64,000 nucleotides of DNA, taken from positions 69,401 through 133,400 of the forward strand of contig MFPT01000002.1 in the NCBI GenBank assembly GCA_001782805.1, in the 5' to 3' direction. The position numbers and the translations under genes were made by a program. A model generated the notes under the pieces. The model saw nothing but the letters and a program-made list of their open reading frames with translations. It was not told the DNA's origin and searched no databases. Positions 1-9,654 of the stretch are shown here, piece after piece. Position 1 is the stretch's first letter, and each line of letters begins with the position of its first letter. The DNA is from Candidatus Magasanikbacteria bacterium RIFCSPHIGHO2_01_FULL_41_23 (GTDB lineage Bacteria > Patescibacteriota > Patescibacteriia > Magasanikbacterales > UBA922).

Positions 1-1
1 G

Positions 2-193
2 CTCATTGAAAAGGCGGCAGGAATTATTACTGATGAAGGCGGCATCACATCGCACGCCGCGGTGGTTTCACGCGAGTTCGGAATTCCATGTTTAGTTGGA
101 ACTCGTAGGGCTTCAAAAATTATCAAGACGGGAGACGAAATAGAATTAGACGCAAATACAGGGTGTATAAAAATTCTTTCAACACATAATTAA
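2..193 (+). CDS. C-terminal fragment of a PEP-utilizing enzyme (mobile phosphohistidine domain), truncated at window start
   Basis: Frame 2 translates to ...DEGGITSHAAVVSREFGIPCLVGTR..., the conserved PEP-utilizers motif (GGxTSHAAIxxRExGIPxVVG). Stop codon at 191-193. Confidence 0.6.
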   Translation, partial: LIEKAAGIITDEGGITSHAAVVSREFGIPCLVGTRRASKIIKTGDEIELDANTGCIKILSTHN

Positions 194-225
194 CCTAGAC
201 AAGCCTAACCTAGACGTTTTGCGTT

Positions 226-1644
226 ATGCAAATCAAACACATCCATTTCATCGGCATCTGCGGAGTGGCCATGAGCGCGCTGGCGATTGCGTTTCAAAAA
301 AAAGGATATAGGGTCACGGGTAGTGACGCGGGATTTTATCCGCCGGTTTCAACCATGCTTAAAAAAAACGGTGTAAAATTTTACGCCGGTTGGCATCCGG
401 AAAAAATGCTTGCCCTGAGCGAACGAAGTGAGTCGAAGGGTGATCCGAATTTAGTGATAGTCGGAAATGTGGCCTCATCAACCAATCCCGAATGGCTGGC
501 CGTGCAAGCAAAAAAAATTCCGTATCAATCATACCCAGAAGCCATTGCTGAATTTTTGGTTAAAAAAAATTCCATTGTCTGCGTCGGAACCTATGGCAAA
601 ACCACAACCAGCGCTTTGCTCGCTTGGATTTTTAGCCAATTAAATTTGTCACCAAGTTATATGTTCGGCGGTCTGGCGAATGGAAATTTTCCTTCTGCTC
701 AACTAGCCGACAGTGACTGGAGTATTGTGGAAGGCGATGAATACAAAAGCGCGCGCTGGGACAATGAACCAAAGTTCACGCATTACAAACCCACGCATCT
801 TTTATTGACGGCGTTATCTTGGGATCATCTGGATGTATATCCAACCGAAAAATCTTATTTTAAAATTTTTAATACTTTGGTTTCCCAATTGCCAAAATCC
901 GGTTTACTGCTGGCTTGCACTGATACCGAATCAGTAAAAAATATAATTAAGGAATCCTCAAGTCGTGTCATAACTTATGGTAAAAATTCCGACGCAGAAT
1001 ATCAGTATCATTCGGTCACGCAAAATAAAGATGGTCTGGCATTTTCCATTAAATATAAGGATGCAAATTTTTATATTTCCTGTCCCCTGCTTGGTTTGTA
1101 TCAAGCGGAAAATATTACGGGCGCGTTTGCGCTGGCCAATGAATTATTGGCTGAATCAAAAAAGATTAAGGAAACGATTGCGACTTTTCCCGGATTAAAG
1201 CGCCGTTTGGAAAAAAGATTGAGCGGAAAAATTACCGTAATTGACGACATTGCCCATTCTCCAGCCAAAGCGCAATCGGTTTTACAAAATTTGCGCAAAA
1301 TTTATTCCGGAAAAATTATCGCGGTTTTTGAACCAAATACGGGCAATCGCCAGACGGAATCTTTGGTATTATACAAAAACGCGTTTGACCAAGCCGACAC
1401 AGTTATAATCCCGCGTCTAACTAAAATTAAAACCAGTGTTGAAACAGTGACTCCGCCTGTGGACGGCGAAGCACTTGCCCAAGCAATCAAAACCACACAA
1501 CCAAATGTTTTGTATATTGATGATGATGCGAAATTGGTTAAACATTTTATTGAAATTGCAACCGACGACGATGTGATCGTATTTTTGGGATCGCACGGCT
1601 TTCGCGGCATGATTGAAGAATTAATTTCAAAATTAAAAATTTGA
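226..1644 (+). CDS. Mur ligase family protein (UDP-N-acetylmuramate-L-alanine ligase MurC / Mpl-like)
   Basis: N-terminal HFIGICGVAMSALA motif, GTYGKTTTSAL P-loop, Mur ligase middle and C-terminal domains; 472 aa. Confidence 0.8.
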   Translation: MQIKHIHFIGICGVAMSALAIAFQKKGYRVTGSDAGFYPPVSTMLKKNGVKFYAGWHPEKMLALSERSESKGDPNLVIVGNVASSTNPEWLAVQAKKIPYQSYPEAIAEFLVKKNSIVCVGTYGKTTTSALLAWIFSQLNLSPSYMFGGLANGNFPSAQLADSDWSIVEGDEYKSARWDNEPKFTHYKPTHLLLTALSWDHLDVYPTEKSYFKIFNTLVSQLPKSGLLLACTDTESVKNIIKESSSRVITYGKNSDAEYQYHSVTQNKDGLAFSIKYKDANFYISCPLLGLYQAENITGAFALANELLAESKKIKETIATFPGLKRRLEKRLSGKITVIDDIAHSPAKAQSVLQNLRKIYSGKIIAVFEPNTGNRQTESLVLYKNAFDQADTVIIPRLTKIKTSVETVTPPVDGEALAQAIKTTQPNVLYIDDDAKLVKHFIEIATDDDVIVFLGSHGFRGMIEELISKLKI

Positions 1645-1751
1645 CATACCTATTTTGGTTTGATATAATTTAATCATTAATTACTTCTTCGCCAACAAAA
1701 GGAGGCAAAGAATTAAAATTTTGAGAATTTTTTTATTCTTATATTTTAGTT

Positions 1752-2594
1752 ATGGAAAAAGATATTATTATCCGGCTACATAAAAATTTTGAAGAATGTG
1801 CGCACCGAGACGGCGATGTGGAATTTTGGTATGCGCGAGAGTTACAAGTTTTGTTAGGTTATGACAAATGGCAAAACTTTGAAACCGTAATTGAGAAAGC
1901 TAAAGCTGGCTGCACAAAGGCAAAACAACTCATAGACGATCATTTTGCTGACGTCAGTAAAACGATCCATATGCCCAAAGGTGCTAGCAAAGAAATACCA
2001 GACACCAAACTCACCCGCTACGCCTGTTACCTAATTGCCCAAAACGGCGATCCGCGCAAAGAAGAAATTGCCTTTGCAATGACTTATTTCGCAGTTCAAA
2101 CTCGCAAACAGGAAATCTTGGAAAAACGCTTAGCTGAATGGGAGCGCATCCAATCAAGAGAAAAATTAACTTTGTCAGAACGAGAATTGTCAGGTATACT
2201 TTTTGAACGTGGTGTTGATAATCAGGGATTCGCACGTATCCGCAGTCAAGGTGACAGCGCGCTTTTTGGTGGAAATACTACCAATGACATGAAGAAAAAA
2301 CTAAATGTACCGGACAAACGAGCTTTGGCTGATTTTTTACCCGATATTACTATTCAGGCCAAAGATTTGGCTACAAAAATAACGAACCACAATGTAAAGA
2401 AAGACGAATTTTTTGAAGGTGAGACCAAAATTGACAATGAGCATGTAAAAAATAATCGCAATATGCGCGACATGCTAATCAAAAACGGGATTTATCCTGA
2501 ATCGCTTCCGGCTGACGAAGATATAAAAAAGCTGGAGCGCCGGGTAAATTCAGAAGATAAAAAATTGCCCAAACAAATACAGAAATTAAAATAA
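1752..2594 (+). CDS. DNA-damage-inducible protein D (DinD)-like protein
   Basis: Segments TRYACYLIAQNGDP and TYFAVQTRKQE, plus N-terminal FEExxHxDGxxEFWxAREL, resemble the E. coli DinD family as recalled from memory. Confidence 0.55.
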   Translation: MEKDIIIRLHKNFEECAHRDGDVEFWYARELQVLLGYDKWQNFETVIEKAKAGCTKAKQLIDDHFADVSKTIHMPKGASKEIPDTKLTRYACYLIAQNGDPRKEEIAFAMTYFAVQTRKQEILEKRLAEWERIQSREKLTLSERELSGILFERGVDNQGFARIRSQGDSALFGGNTTNDMKKKLNVPDKRALADFLPDITIQAKDLATKITNHNVKKDEFFEGETKIDNEHVKNNRNMRDMLIKNGIYPESLPADEDIKKLERRVNSEDKKLPKQIQKLK

Positions 2595-2601
2595 ATTTTT
2601 T

Positions 2602-3159
2602 ATGAAAATTCCCGAACAGGCAAAATGTGTTTTTAAAGGAAAAATTTTTGATACGTATCAATGGGAGCAAACAATGTTTGATGGCTCAACTGAAACATTT
2701 GAAATGTTGAAACGCGCCACAGCCATAGAAATTATTCCCGTAAAAGATAATAAAATTTTTTATGCTGATCAGGAACAGCCGTCCAAGGGCAGATTTTTTT
2801 CACTTTTTGGCGGCCGAGTGGAAGATGGGGAAAATTGGTTAAGCGCGGCCAAACGAGAATTGCGCGAAGAAGCGGGTATGGAATCCGATGATTGGGAATT
2901 ATTAACCGTATTTGAGCCGTATACAAAAATTGATTGGGAAATCCCATTATATGTCGCGCGCAATGCGCATTTCATTGGCGCGCAAAATCTGGATGCCGGA
3001 GAAAAAATTACTGTTAAGGAATGTTTATTTGAAGAATTGCCTGATATTCTTACAGACAAAAAATTCCGCGGAAATGAGTTTGCTTTTAATTTTCTCAAAA
3101 TGAAATTTCTTGAACCGGCAAAATTTGAAGAATTCAAAAAAAAATTGGGTCTTAATTAA
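2602..3159 (+). CDS. NUDIX hydrolase
   Basis: Nudix box GGRVEDGENWLSAAKRELREEAG. Starts 8 bp after the DinD-like gene, so probably co-transcribed. Confidence 0.8.
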   Translation: MKIPEQAKCVFKGKIFDTYQWEQTMFDGSTETFEMLKRATAIEIIPVKDNKIFYADQEQPSKGRFFSLFGGRVEDGENWLSAAKRELREEAGMESDDWELLTVFEPYTKIDWEIPLYVARNAHFIGAQNLDAGEKITVKECLFEELPDILTDKKFRGNEFAFNFLKMKFLEPAKFEEFKKKLGLN

Positions 3160-3196
3160 TTTATTTTTACTCATTTTGCATAATACGGCATTCTGT

Positions 3197-3361
3197 TTAT
3201 TTTCCCTCATCCACAATTTCCGCCGTAACTTCGTCACCGGAAATATTTTCAATTCCCAACGTAATTCCGCAATCTTGACATTCAATGATGTCAGCCGGCG
3301 CCAAATTGGGATAGCGCGTGAGATTCACCTGATTTTTGCATTCTGGACAAATTAGCTTCAT
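3197..3361 (-). CDS. small zinc-ribbon protein (LysW-like fold, function unknown)
   Basis: MKLICPECKN...ECQDCGIT has two CxxC pairs. The internal ATG at 3361 is the more plausible start than the ORF-track start at 3412. Confidence 0.45.
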   Translation of the reverse strand: MKLICPECKNQVNLTRYPNLAPADIIECQDCGITLGIENISGDEVTAEIVDEGK

Positions 3362-3400
3362 ACTGTTATTATTATAAATTACTGCGTATTTATACGATAT

Positions 3401-4573
3401 ATGAAATCCCAAAAAATATCAAGCGGGTTTATCCTCGGCGCCATACTCTTAAACTTGGTTTTGGGATTGCCGACAAAAGCCACTGATTGCCCGCTGACTG
3501 CGCAAACCGCGTATAAAACCAAATTGTCATCGGCAGTTTATTATATAACCAGACAATGCACCAAACGCGTTTTTCTGAATGAAACAACCTATTTTGCGTA
3601 TTTTTCTTTGTGGAATCAAGTTAAAATTGTAAACGATACAGCGCTCGCCAATATTCCCGATGACGCACGCGGTCCAATGCGTCTAAAAACTGATGCGCCT
3701 GTTTTAACCGTTCCGACTAATCAACCAAAATCAGAGGAAAAGGAAGTGAAAACACCAAGAATACTGGAAACAAAACCAATACCAATTGTAAAATCAGACG
3801 CAGAAAACAAAATTTCAACTGAAACCAAAAATCCACATCCCGCGGTCACTGTCCCCACAAAAATAAATATAATTACTGAATTTTTGAATTGTCCAACCGA
3901 GGCTGAACGCGCTAAGAGTGAAAATGATTTTGTAATCAATTGGAATAATGATTGGAACTCATATCCATTTTCTTGTGAATATAAAAATACCAAAGCTACT
4001 CACTTGCCGTTGTATGGAACACTCAGACTCTTAAAAAATATTTCATTTACCAAACCATTGCCGTTTACTTCCGAAATCGGACTCTATGAATACCTAACGG
4101 CCACAAAACTATCACTGACACCACGGCAAAATTGCGCGGATTATTCCACTGGTTGGAATTATACAATTAATTTGGGCGGAACATTCGCGCACACGCATGC
4201 GGTAAAATCCGGATCAGCGAATTGCGAGCCAAGTACAGGAAGCGGAGCCGATCTGCTGGACGGATTTGTCTATAATCCAATTTACAAAGCCGCGACATTT
4301 GTGCATGAAGCCCATCATGCGATCAATGCCAGCACACACACGGGCAAAAACGGCGAAGATAAAGATATTAATGAAAACAGTGCTTGGGCAGCGCAATTTT
4401 ATTTTTACGCGTGGATCAATTTGTACGGCGAAAATGTTGACGCGACAACCAAACTATTGGCCAAAAACGCGGCCGCGGACATTTTGAATAATCGATTTTC
4501 GGAAAATAAATGTCCGACTGACGCGGATTTGAAAAATGTTGTCAATACGATTGTGCCAAATATTTGTAAATAA
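3401..4573 (+). CDS. secreted hypothetical protein with HExxH-like motif
   Basis: N-terminal signal peptide (hydrophobic stretch followed by a Thr/Lys-rich linker). HEAHH matches HExxH. No other family recognised. Confidence 0.5.
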   Translation: MKSQKISSGFILGAILLNLVLGLPTKATDCPLTAQTAYKTKLSSAVYYITRQCTKRVFLNETTYFAYFSLWNQVKIVNDTALANIPDDARGPMRLKTDAPVLTVPTNQPKSEEKEVKTPRILETKPIPIVKSDAENKISTETKNPHPAVTVPTKINIITEFLNCPTEAERAKSENDFVINWNNDWNSYPFSCEYKNTKATHLPLYGTLRLLKNISFTKPLPFTSEIGLYEYLTATKLSLTPRQNCADYSTGWNYTINLGGTFAHTHAVKSGSANCEPSTGSGADLLDGFVYNPIYKAATFVHEAHHAINASTHTGKNGEDKDINENSAWAAQFYFYAWINLYGENVDATTKLLAKNAAADILNNRFSENKCPTDADLKNVVNTIVPNICK

Positions 4574-4578
4574 ATATT

Positions 4579-5529
4579 ATGAAAACTCCACAAGAAAATA
4601 TTCCCGCGTTAGCCGAATCGCTTGGCCTAAAAGAATTATGGTTTAAACGCGAGGATCTTCATCATTTTGGTTCCCACAAAGGCCGTTCTATTCCTGTTAT
4701 GATGGATCACTATATTCATAAAGAAGGCAAACTAAATTTTGTCATTTCCTCATCGGGAAACGCGGCTTTGTCCGCGACATTGTATACGCGTGATCATAAT
4801 AAAAATAACCCAGATAAAAAAATAAAATTACAAATTTTTGTCGGCACGCGTGTTAATAATGCAAAACTAGCACGACTACAATCTTTGACAAACGAATCAA
4901 TTTCAATAACGCAGACTGCCAAACCAAAACAAGCCGCGTTTGCGATGGAAAAAAATGGTTCTACACATTCGGCAAGCTCAGTGCAAGCAGGCTCACCACA
5001 AGCTGGTTTTATTTTTCTACGCCAATCAACTGATAATCTGGCTTTGTTAGGCTATTATGAATTGGCCAAAGAATTGGATCACATCCCAAACTTAAAAGCG
5101 ATTTTTATTCCGACTTCTTCCGGCACAACCGCGCAAGCGCTGGCCGAATCATTCCAAAATTTAACGCAAAAACCGGAAATCCATATTGTGCAAACTACCG
5201 CTGTTCACCCGATTGCTGATAGTTTTCAAAATCCGCTTTGCCCGACTTTTGCCGAAACTAATAACGCGCCAAACACTTCAACCGCCAGCGCGATTGTTGA
5301 TCGTGTTGCGCACCGAAAATTTGCCGTTGTGGACGCAGTTCTTAAATCAGGTGGCACCGGCTGGATTGTGAATGACGATGAAATTCTCATAGCCATTGAT
5401 CTGGTAAAAAAAATCAGTGGAATTGAAATTTCTCCAAATAGCGCGCTCTCAGTCGCTGGCCTTACGCTCGCCATTCAAAACGGTAAAAAGTGGGATGGCG
5501 TTGTGGTATGTTTGATTACAGGAATGTAA
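4579..5529 (+). CDS. pyridoxal-phosphate-dependent enzyme (fold-type II, TrpB/threonine synthase-like)
   Basis: KREDLHHFGSHKGR resembles the PLP-lysine motif (..GSFKDR) of the PALP family. Gly-rich SSGTTAQA loop. 316 aa. Confidence 0.5.
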   Translation: MKTPQENIPALAESLGLKELWFKREDLHHFGSHKGRSIPVMMDHYIHKEGKLNFVISSSGNAALSATLYTRDHNKNNPDKKIKLQIFVGTRVNNAKLARLQSLTNESISITQTAKPKQAAFAMEKNGSTHSASSVQAGSPQAGFIFLRQSTDNLALLGYYELAKELDHIPNLKAIFIPTSSGTTAQALAESFQNLTQKPEIHIVQTTAVHPIADSFQNPLCPTFAETNNAPNTSTASAIVDRVAHRKFAVVDAVLKSGGTGWIVNDDEILIAIDLVKKISGIEISPNSALSVAGLTLAIQNGKKWDGVVVCLITGM

Positions 5530-5559
5530 AGTCAGATTAATTGTTTGTCACTAAAAAAA

Positions 5560-5775
5560 TTATTTATTTTTTATTCTCCATAAATCCCAAACTGCAGAAA
5601 TTACAAAAATAATTTGTAAAATAATAAAAATAAGATCCCCAATATAAATACTGTACGCTTCCAGTGCGAGCCCACCAAAAATATATAACGTATCCTGTTT
5701 TTTTCTCTCTTTAAAAATAATCCCAAGGGAAATAAGTAATAATCCAAACGCGCCGATTAATTTCATTATTTCCAT
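5560..5775 (-). CDS. small hydrophobic membrane protein (hypothetical)
   Basis: Two predicted TM helices. Directly downstream of and abutting the Nramp-like gene. Confidence 0.3.
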   Translation of the reverse strand: MEIMKLIGAFGLLLISLGIIFKERKKQDTLYIFGGLALEAYSIYIGDLIFIILQIIFVISAVWDLWRIKNK

Positions 5776-5776
5776 A

Positions 5777-7153
5777 TTAAAATAAATTTTTAAGTACAAT
5801 AAAACTAAATCCGCCGAAAAAAATAAAAATAACTCCCAAAATAATTCGGCGCCACAATGTTGGTTGAAATGCTCTCGGTAAAGTCCGATAATTTAACCAC
5901 GAAACCAAACCAATATGCACAAACATAGCCACCGCGTTCAGCACTGCTCCGGCCACGATTAATTTTTTAGGTTCGTGAATCCCGAACGCAAACAAAACAC
6001 AACCAAAAACTATTTGCGACCACAAAAAAGTCGCGTAAATCTTGGATAAATTTTTGGCATGCGAAACCCCGGTACGCAACGCCCAATTTTCCGCCATAAT
6101 TCGCGACGTGGAATCCATTACTCCCAGTTGAGTTTGGAACAACATAATTCCAGCCGCAATTAAAAACAATGTTCCCACAATGGGAAAAGTAATTGTCCCC
6201 AAAACGCGCGCTTCATTAATCACAAACATTATTCCTTGAGCGTTATTGGGCGATCCATACGCGGTGGCGTATGACAAAAGCATAAGCAAAAGCATGGCCA
6301 ATGTGCCCATTCCCCAAAAAACCAGCGCGTGCTCAGCGTTGACAAGCTTCCACCACAAACCAAATCGCTGACGATTCTCGGCAGTATCAGTCGCGGCCAC
6401 TCCGTCCAATTGAATTGGTTCACTCGCTCCCCGATGAAATAAACCGGCAATTTTTTGCGCGAACGCGCCCATGCCATAACCTTTTTCTTTAATATAAATT
6501 GATTGCGTTAAATTTAAATTTCCGCCCGCGCCAGAATAGGCGAACGCGCCTAAAAAAGTCGCCAGAATAATTCCTTCGGGCAGCCAATTATACCCATTGC
6601 CGCGGCCGATAATTCCTAAAGCCAACGCACTCCAATCAGTTTTGGTACTGACCCAAATCGCCAAAAATAAAATAAACGGCACACCAACCATAATTACGGT
6701 TTTAGTAATACGCTCCATCAATCCATACACTGTTTTGCCCAGACTTAAAATTAAACCGATACAGACCAAAAATACCGCGGCCAAAATTTTATAATCAGTC
6801 CAGCCGGCGGCGCTGGCCAAAAGTTGTGCCGAGGCCGCGATAATTCCGGGCAAACCAAAACCGAGAAAAGTGGAAAATATAAACCACAACGGTAAAATAC
6901 GAGATTGTTTGGCCAATCCTACAAAAACACTTTCACCCCGCACCAAAGCATAGCGTTCAATTTCCAGATTAATAAAAAATTGACAAGTAATTCCCAAAAC
7001 CGCTCCCCACGCAATTCCCAAACCATAATTCGCCACCAAATACGGCCACAAAATAACTTCGCCCGATCCCAATCCCAACGCTAAAATAATAAAACTGGGA
7101 CCAATCATTTTTTTTAAAGGAATCGGTTGGGGAAATTCAGTGGGATTGGACAT
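5777..7153 (-). CDS. Nramp-related (divergent) metal ion transporter family membrane protein
   Basis: About 11 predicted TM helices. N-terminal IGPSFIILALGLGSGEVILWPYLVANYG aligns with the Nramp TM1 region, with GSGE replacing DPGN. Confidence 0.5.
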   Translation of the reverse strand: MSNPTEFPQPIPLKKMIGPSFIILALGLGSGEVILWPYLVANYGLGIAWGAVLGITCQFFINLEIERYALVRGESVFVGLAKQSRILPLWFIFSTFLGFGLPGIIAASAQLLASAAGWTDYKILAAVFLVCIGLILSLGKTVYGLMERITKTVIMVGVPFILFLAIWVSTKTDWSALALGIIGRGNGYNWLPEGIILATFLGAFAYSGAGGNLNLTQSIYIKEKGYGMGAFAQKIAGLFHRGASEPIQLDGVAATDTAENRQRFGLWWKLVNAEHALVFWGMGTLAMLLLMLLSYATAYGSPNNAQGIMFVINEARVLGTITFPIVGTLFLIAAGIMLFQTQLGVMDSTSRIMAENWALRTGVSHAKNLSKIYATFLWSQIVFGCVLFAFGIHEPKKLIVAGAVLNAVAMFVHIGLVSWLNYRTLPRAFQPTLWRRIILGVIFIFFGGFSFIVLKNLF

Positions 7154-7231
7154 ATTTAAATTTATTCTAATGCCTAAGTATAGTGCACGAATTAATTAAA
7201 AGCAAACTACAATTAATTTATTTTTATATAT

Positions 7232-7945
7232 TTAAAGTTTACTTATGATACTAATAATATTTCCACCCTCCTCAATCCCCACTCGCGCGCCTTTTTTACT
7301 ATAGTATTGATCTTCAATTTTAAATCCAACCGCATTAAATAAATTCATTAATTCCGGAATCGTAAAACCGTGGTAATATCGCTCACCCAAAATCTGACCC
7401 TCTGAATTTTTCCACGGAACCATGATGTCAATTCCAATGGAATTTTTTATATCAGGCAAAATTTTCCAGCAATGCTTTTTTATATTTTCTTGCGCACTCC
7501 GAGAATGCAGATTCCAATTAGTCATAAATAGATGCCCGCCTAATTTTAAAACGCGCCGCATTTCCTGCAAACACTGAATCTGCAAATCTTCTCCCGGAAT
7601 ATGATTAAACGCGGCAATACAAAAAATATCATCAAACATTTCCGCGGAAAAATTAAGCGCGGACATTTCACCCACGACAAATTCCGCGTCTGGATATTTT
7701 TTTTTGGCCAGAGTAATTAATTCTTCGCTTTGATCAACACCGACATATTCCACTTGTTTTTTAGCGAGCATCTGATATAATCTACCATTCCCGCAACCAA
7801 GGTCTAACACGGTGTCGCTCGGTTTGGTATAATCAACCAGCGCAATAACATCAGCCCAATTATACTCGCGCGTTGCAGAAAAATGCTCGGCAATACGATT
7901 GTAAACAACGCGATTGTGTTTAATTAAATCAGTGGAATCCGACAT
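7232..7945 (-). CDS. class I SAM-dependent methyltransferase
   Basis: VLDLGCGNGRL motif I and a downstream acidic motif II; 237 aa. Its start abuts the divergent Elp3-like gene. Confidence 0.75.
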   Translation of the reverse strand: MSDSTDLIKHNRVVYNRIAEHFSATREYNWADVIALVDYTKPSDTVLDLGCGNGRLYQMLAKKQVEYVGVDQSEELITLAKKKYPDAEFVVGEMSALNFSAEMFDDIFCIAAFNHIPGEDLQIQCLQEMRRVLKLGGHLFMTNWNLHSRSAQENIKKHCWKILPDIKNSIGIDIMVPWKNSEGQILGERYYHGFTIPELMNLFNAVGFKIEDQYYSKKGARVGIEEGGNIISIISKL

Positions 7946-7947
7946 AC

Positions 7948-9654
7948 ATGAAAAATTCAATTGAAATTATTTTGCAATCAATTCTCGCGGCTCGGCTCAA
8001 AACCAAGAGCCAGTTTGACGACGCGCGCCGCATCGCGGCCAATGGTTTGAAAGTGCGTCAGCCCGGCAATCGCGCGCTCCTCGTATGCTACCAAAATTAT
8101 CTTAAAAAAACCAGAGAGAAAGCCGATCAAACATTATTACAATTAATTCGCAAAGCCAGTGTGCGCAGTCAATCCGGCATTGCGGTCGTGACTTCGCTCG
8201 TCAAACCATATATGTGTCCTGGTAAATGCGTGTATTGTCCCACGGAAGCGCGTATGCCCAAAAGTTATATTGCCACCGAACCGGCCGCGGCACGAGCGCT
8301 CGCGCTGAATTTTAATCCGTATGAGCTGATGCGCCAACGGATTATTATGCTCCAAGAAAACGGCCATCCGACAGATAAAATTGAATATATTATAAAAGGC
8401 GGCACCTGGAACGCCTATACTCTTGGTTACCAGTATTGGTATATTTTGGAATCTTTTAAAGCGTGCAATGAAATGAACAAAAATTCAAAACGTAAAAATA
8501 AAAAACCCAAACAAAAAATAAAAACAAAAAAACTTTCTGAACATTCGTCACTTAAAGATTTGCAAAATGCGCTGGCAATTGAGCAAAAGAAAAATGAAAC
8601 TGCGCAACATCGGATTATCGGTCTAACTTTGGAAACGCGTCCGGATGCGATTTCACCCAAAACAATTTGGCACATGCGCCAACAAGGCTGTACGCGCATT
8701 GAATTGGGATTACAAACTCCGGACGATAAAATTTTAGCACTAATCAAACGCGGACACACGGTTCAACAATTTCGTGATGCCATGTTTTTATTACGTCAGG
8801 CGGGATTCAAAGTTGATTTGCATTATATGCCGGATTTGCCCGGCACTACGCCCGATCATGATGTGGAAATGTACAAAGAAATTTTTGCTGATTCGGGTTT
8901 ACGACCCGACATGGTCAAGATTTATCCCAACACGGTTATCAAAAGCGCGGAATTATACCAATGGTTTCTGGATGGCCGTTATGTTCCCTATGGCGACACG
9001 CCGGCCATGACTGACGCGTTAATAAAAATGAAATTGGCCACGCCACGTTATTGTCGTATTTCGCGTTTGATTCGTGATATTCCGGCCACGGAAATTGAAG
9101 GCGGAAATAGAGTCACCAATCTGCGTGAATTGTTGGAAAAAAAAATCCATGACCAAGGAAAATTATGCGTGTGTTTGCGCTGTCGGGAAATTTCGCGACA
9201 AATTAAAAATTTACCAAAAAATACCAGACCGCGACTTTTTATTGATAGGTATGAAACGATTGGCGGCACAGAATATTTTTTAAGTTTTGAAGATAAAAAA
9301 CGCGTGGCGGTTTTTGGATTTCTGCGTTTAAGAATTCCCAAAAAAATAACAAATAATTCATATCAAATAAAAAATAATACTAAACAATTAGACGAGGTTT
9401 TACCCGTTACCAAAGATACGGCGTTTATTCGTGAACTCCATGTCTACGGCCAAATGGTGGAAATTGGCAAGCAAACCAAAAATGCCAGTCAACACACTGG
9501 TCTGGGCAAAAAATTAATGATCGCGGCGGAAAAAATTGCGCGGCAAAATAATTTTAAAAAAATAACTGTAATTTCCGGTGTTGGTGTGCGCGATTATTAC
9601 CGACATTTGGGATATCGATTAAAGGATACATATTTGACGAAAAGTTTAAAATAA
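7948..9654 (+). CDS. Elp3-like radical SAM / GNAT acetyltransferase (tRNA uridine-34 modification family)
   Basis: CPGKCVYCP radical-SAM cysteine cluster, conserved Elp3 core (IIKGGTWNAY, TLETRPD), C-terminal GNAT region. Contains a Lys-rich low-complexity insert. Confidence 0.75.
   Translation: MKNSIEIILQSILAARLKTKSQFDDARRIAANGLKVRQPGNRALLVCYQNYLKKTREKADQTLLQLIRKASVRSQSGIAVVTSLVKPYMCPGKCVYCPTEARMPKSYIATEPAAARALALNFNPYELMRQRIIMLQENGHPTDKIEYIIKGGTWNAYTLGYQYWYILESFKACNEMNKNSKRKNKKPKQKIKTKKLSEHSSLKDLQNALAIEQKKNETAQHRIIGLTLETRPDAISPKTIWHMRQQGCTRIELGLQTPDDKILALIKRGHTVQQFRDAMFLLRQAGFKVDLHYMPDLPGTTPDHDVEMYKEIFADSGLRPDMVKIYPNTVIKSAELYQWFLDGRYVPYGDTPAMTDALIKMKLATPRYCRISRLIRDIPATEIEGGNRVTNLRELLEKKIHDQGKLCVCLRCREISRQIKNLPKNTRPRLFIDRYETIGGTEYFLSFEDKKRVAVFGFLRLRIPKKITNNSYQIKNNTKQLDEVLPVTKDTAFIRELHVYGQMVEIGKQTKNASQHTGLGKKLMIAAEKIARQNNFKKITVISGVGVRDYYRHLGYRLKDTYLTKSLK

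Noticed and set aside
977-1610. Short ORFs nested inside the Mur ligase gene (977-1198 +, 1101-1298 -, 1302-1610 -)
   Set aside because: They lie entirely within a well-supported CDS, are low-complexity, and have no RBS.
3197-3361. Possible LysW amino-group carrier protein
   Set aside because: The zinc-ribbon fold matches, but the C-terminus ends in ...EIVDEGK rather than the acidic EDWGE-type tail needed for carrier function. No lysJ, lysK, lysX or lysZ genes are nearby. Treated as a generic zinc-ribbon protein.
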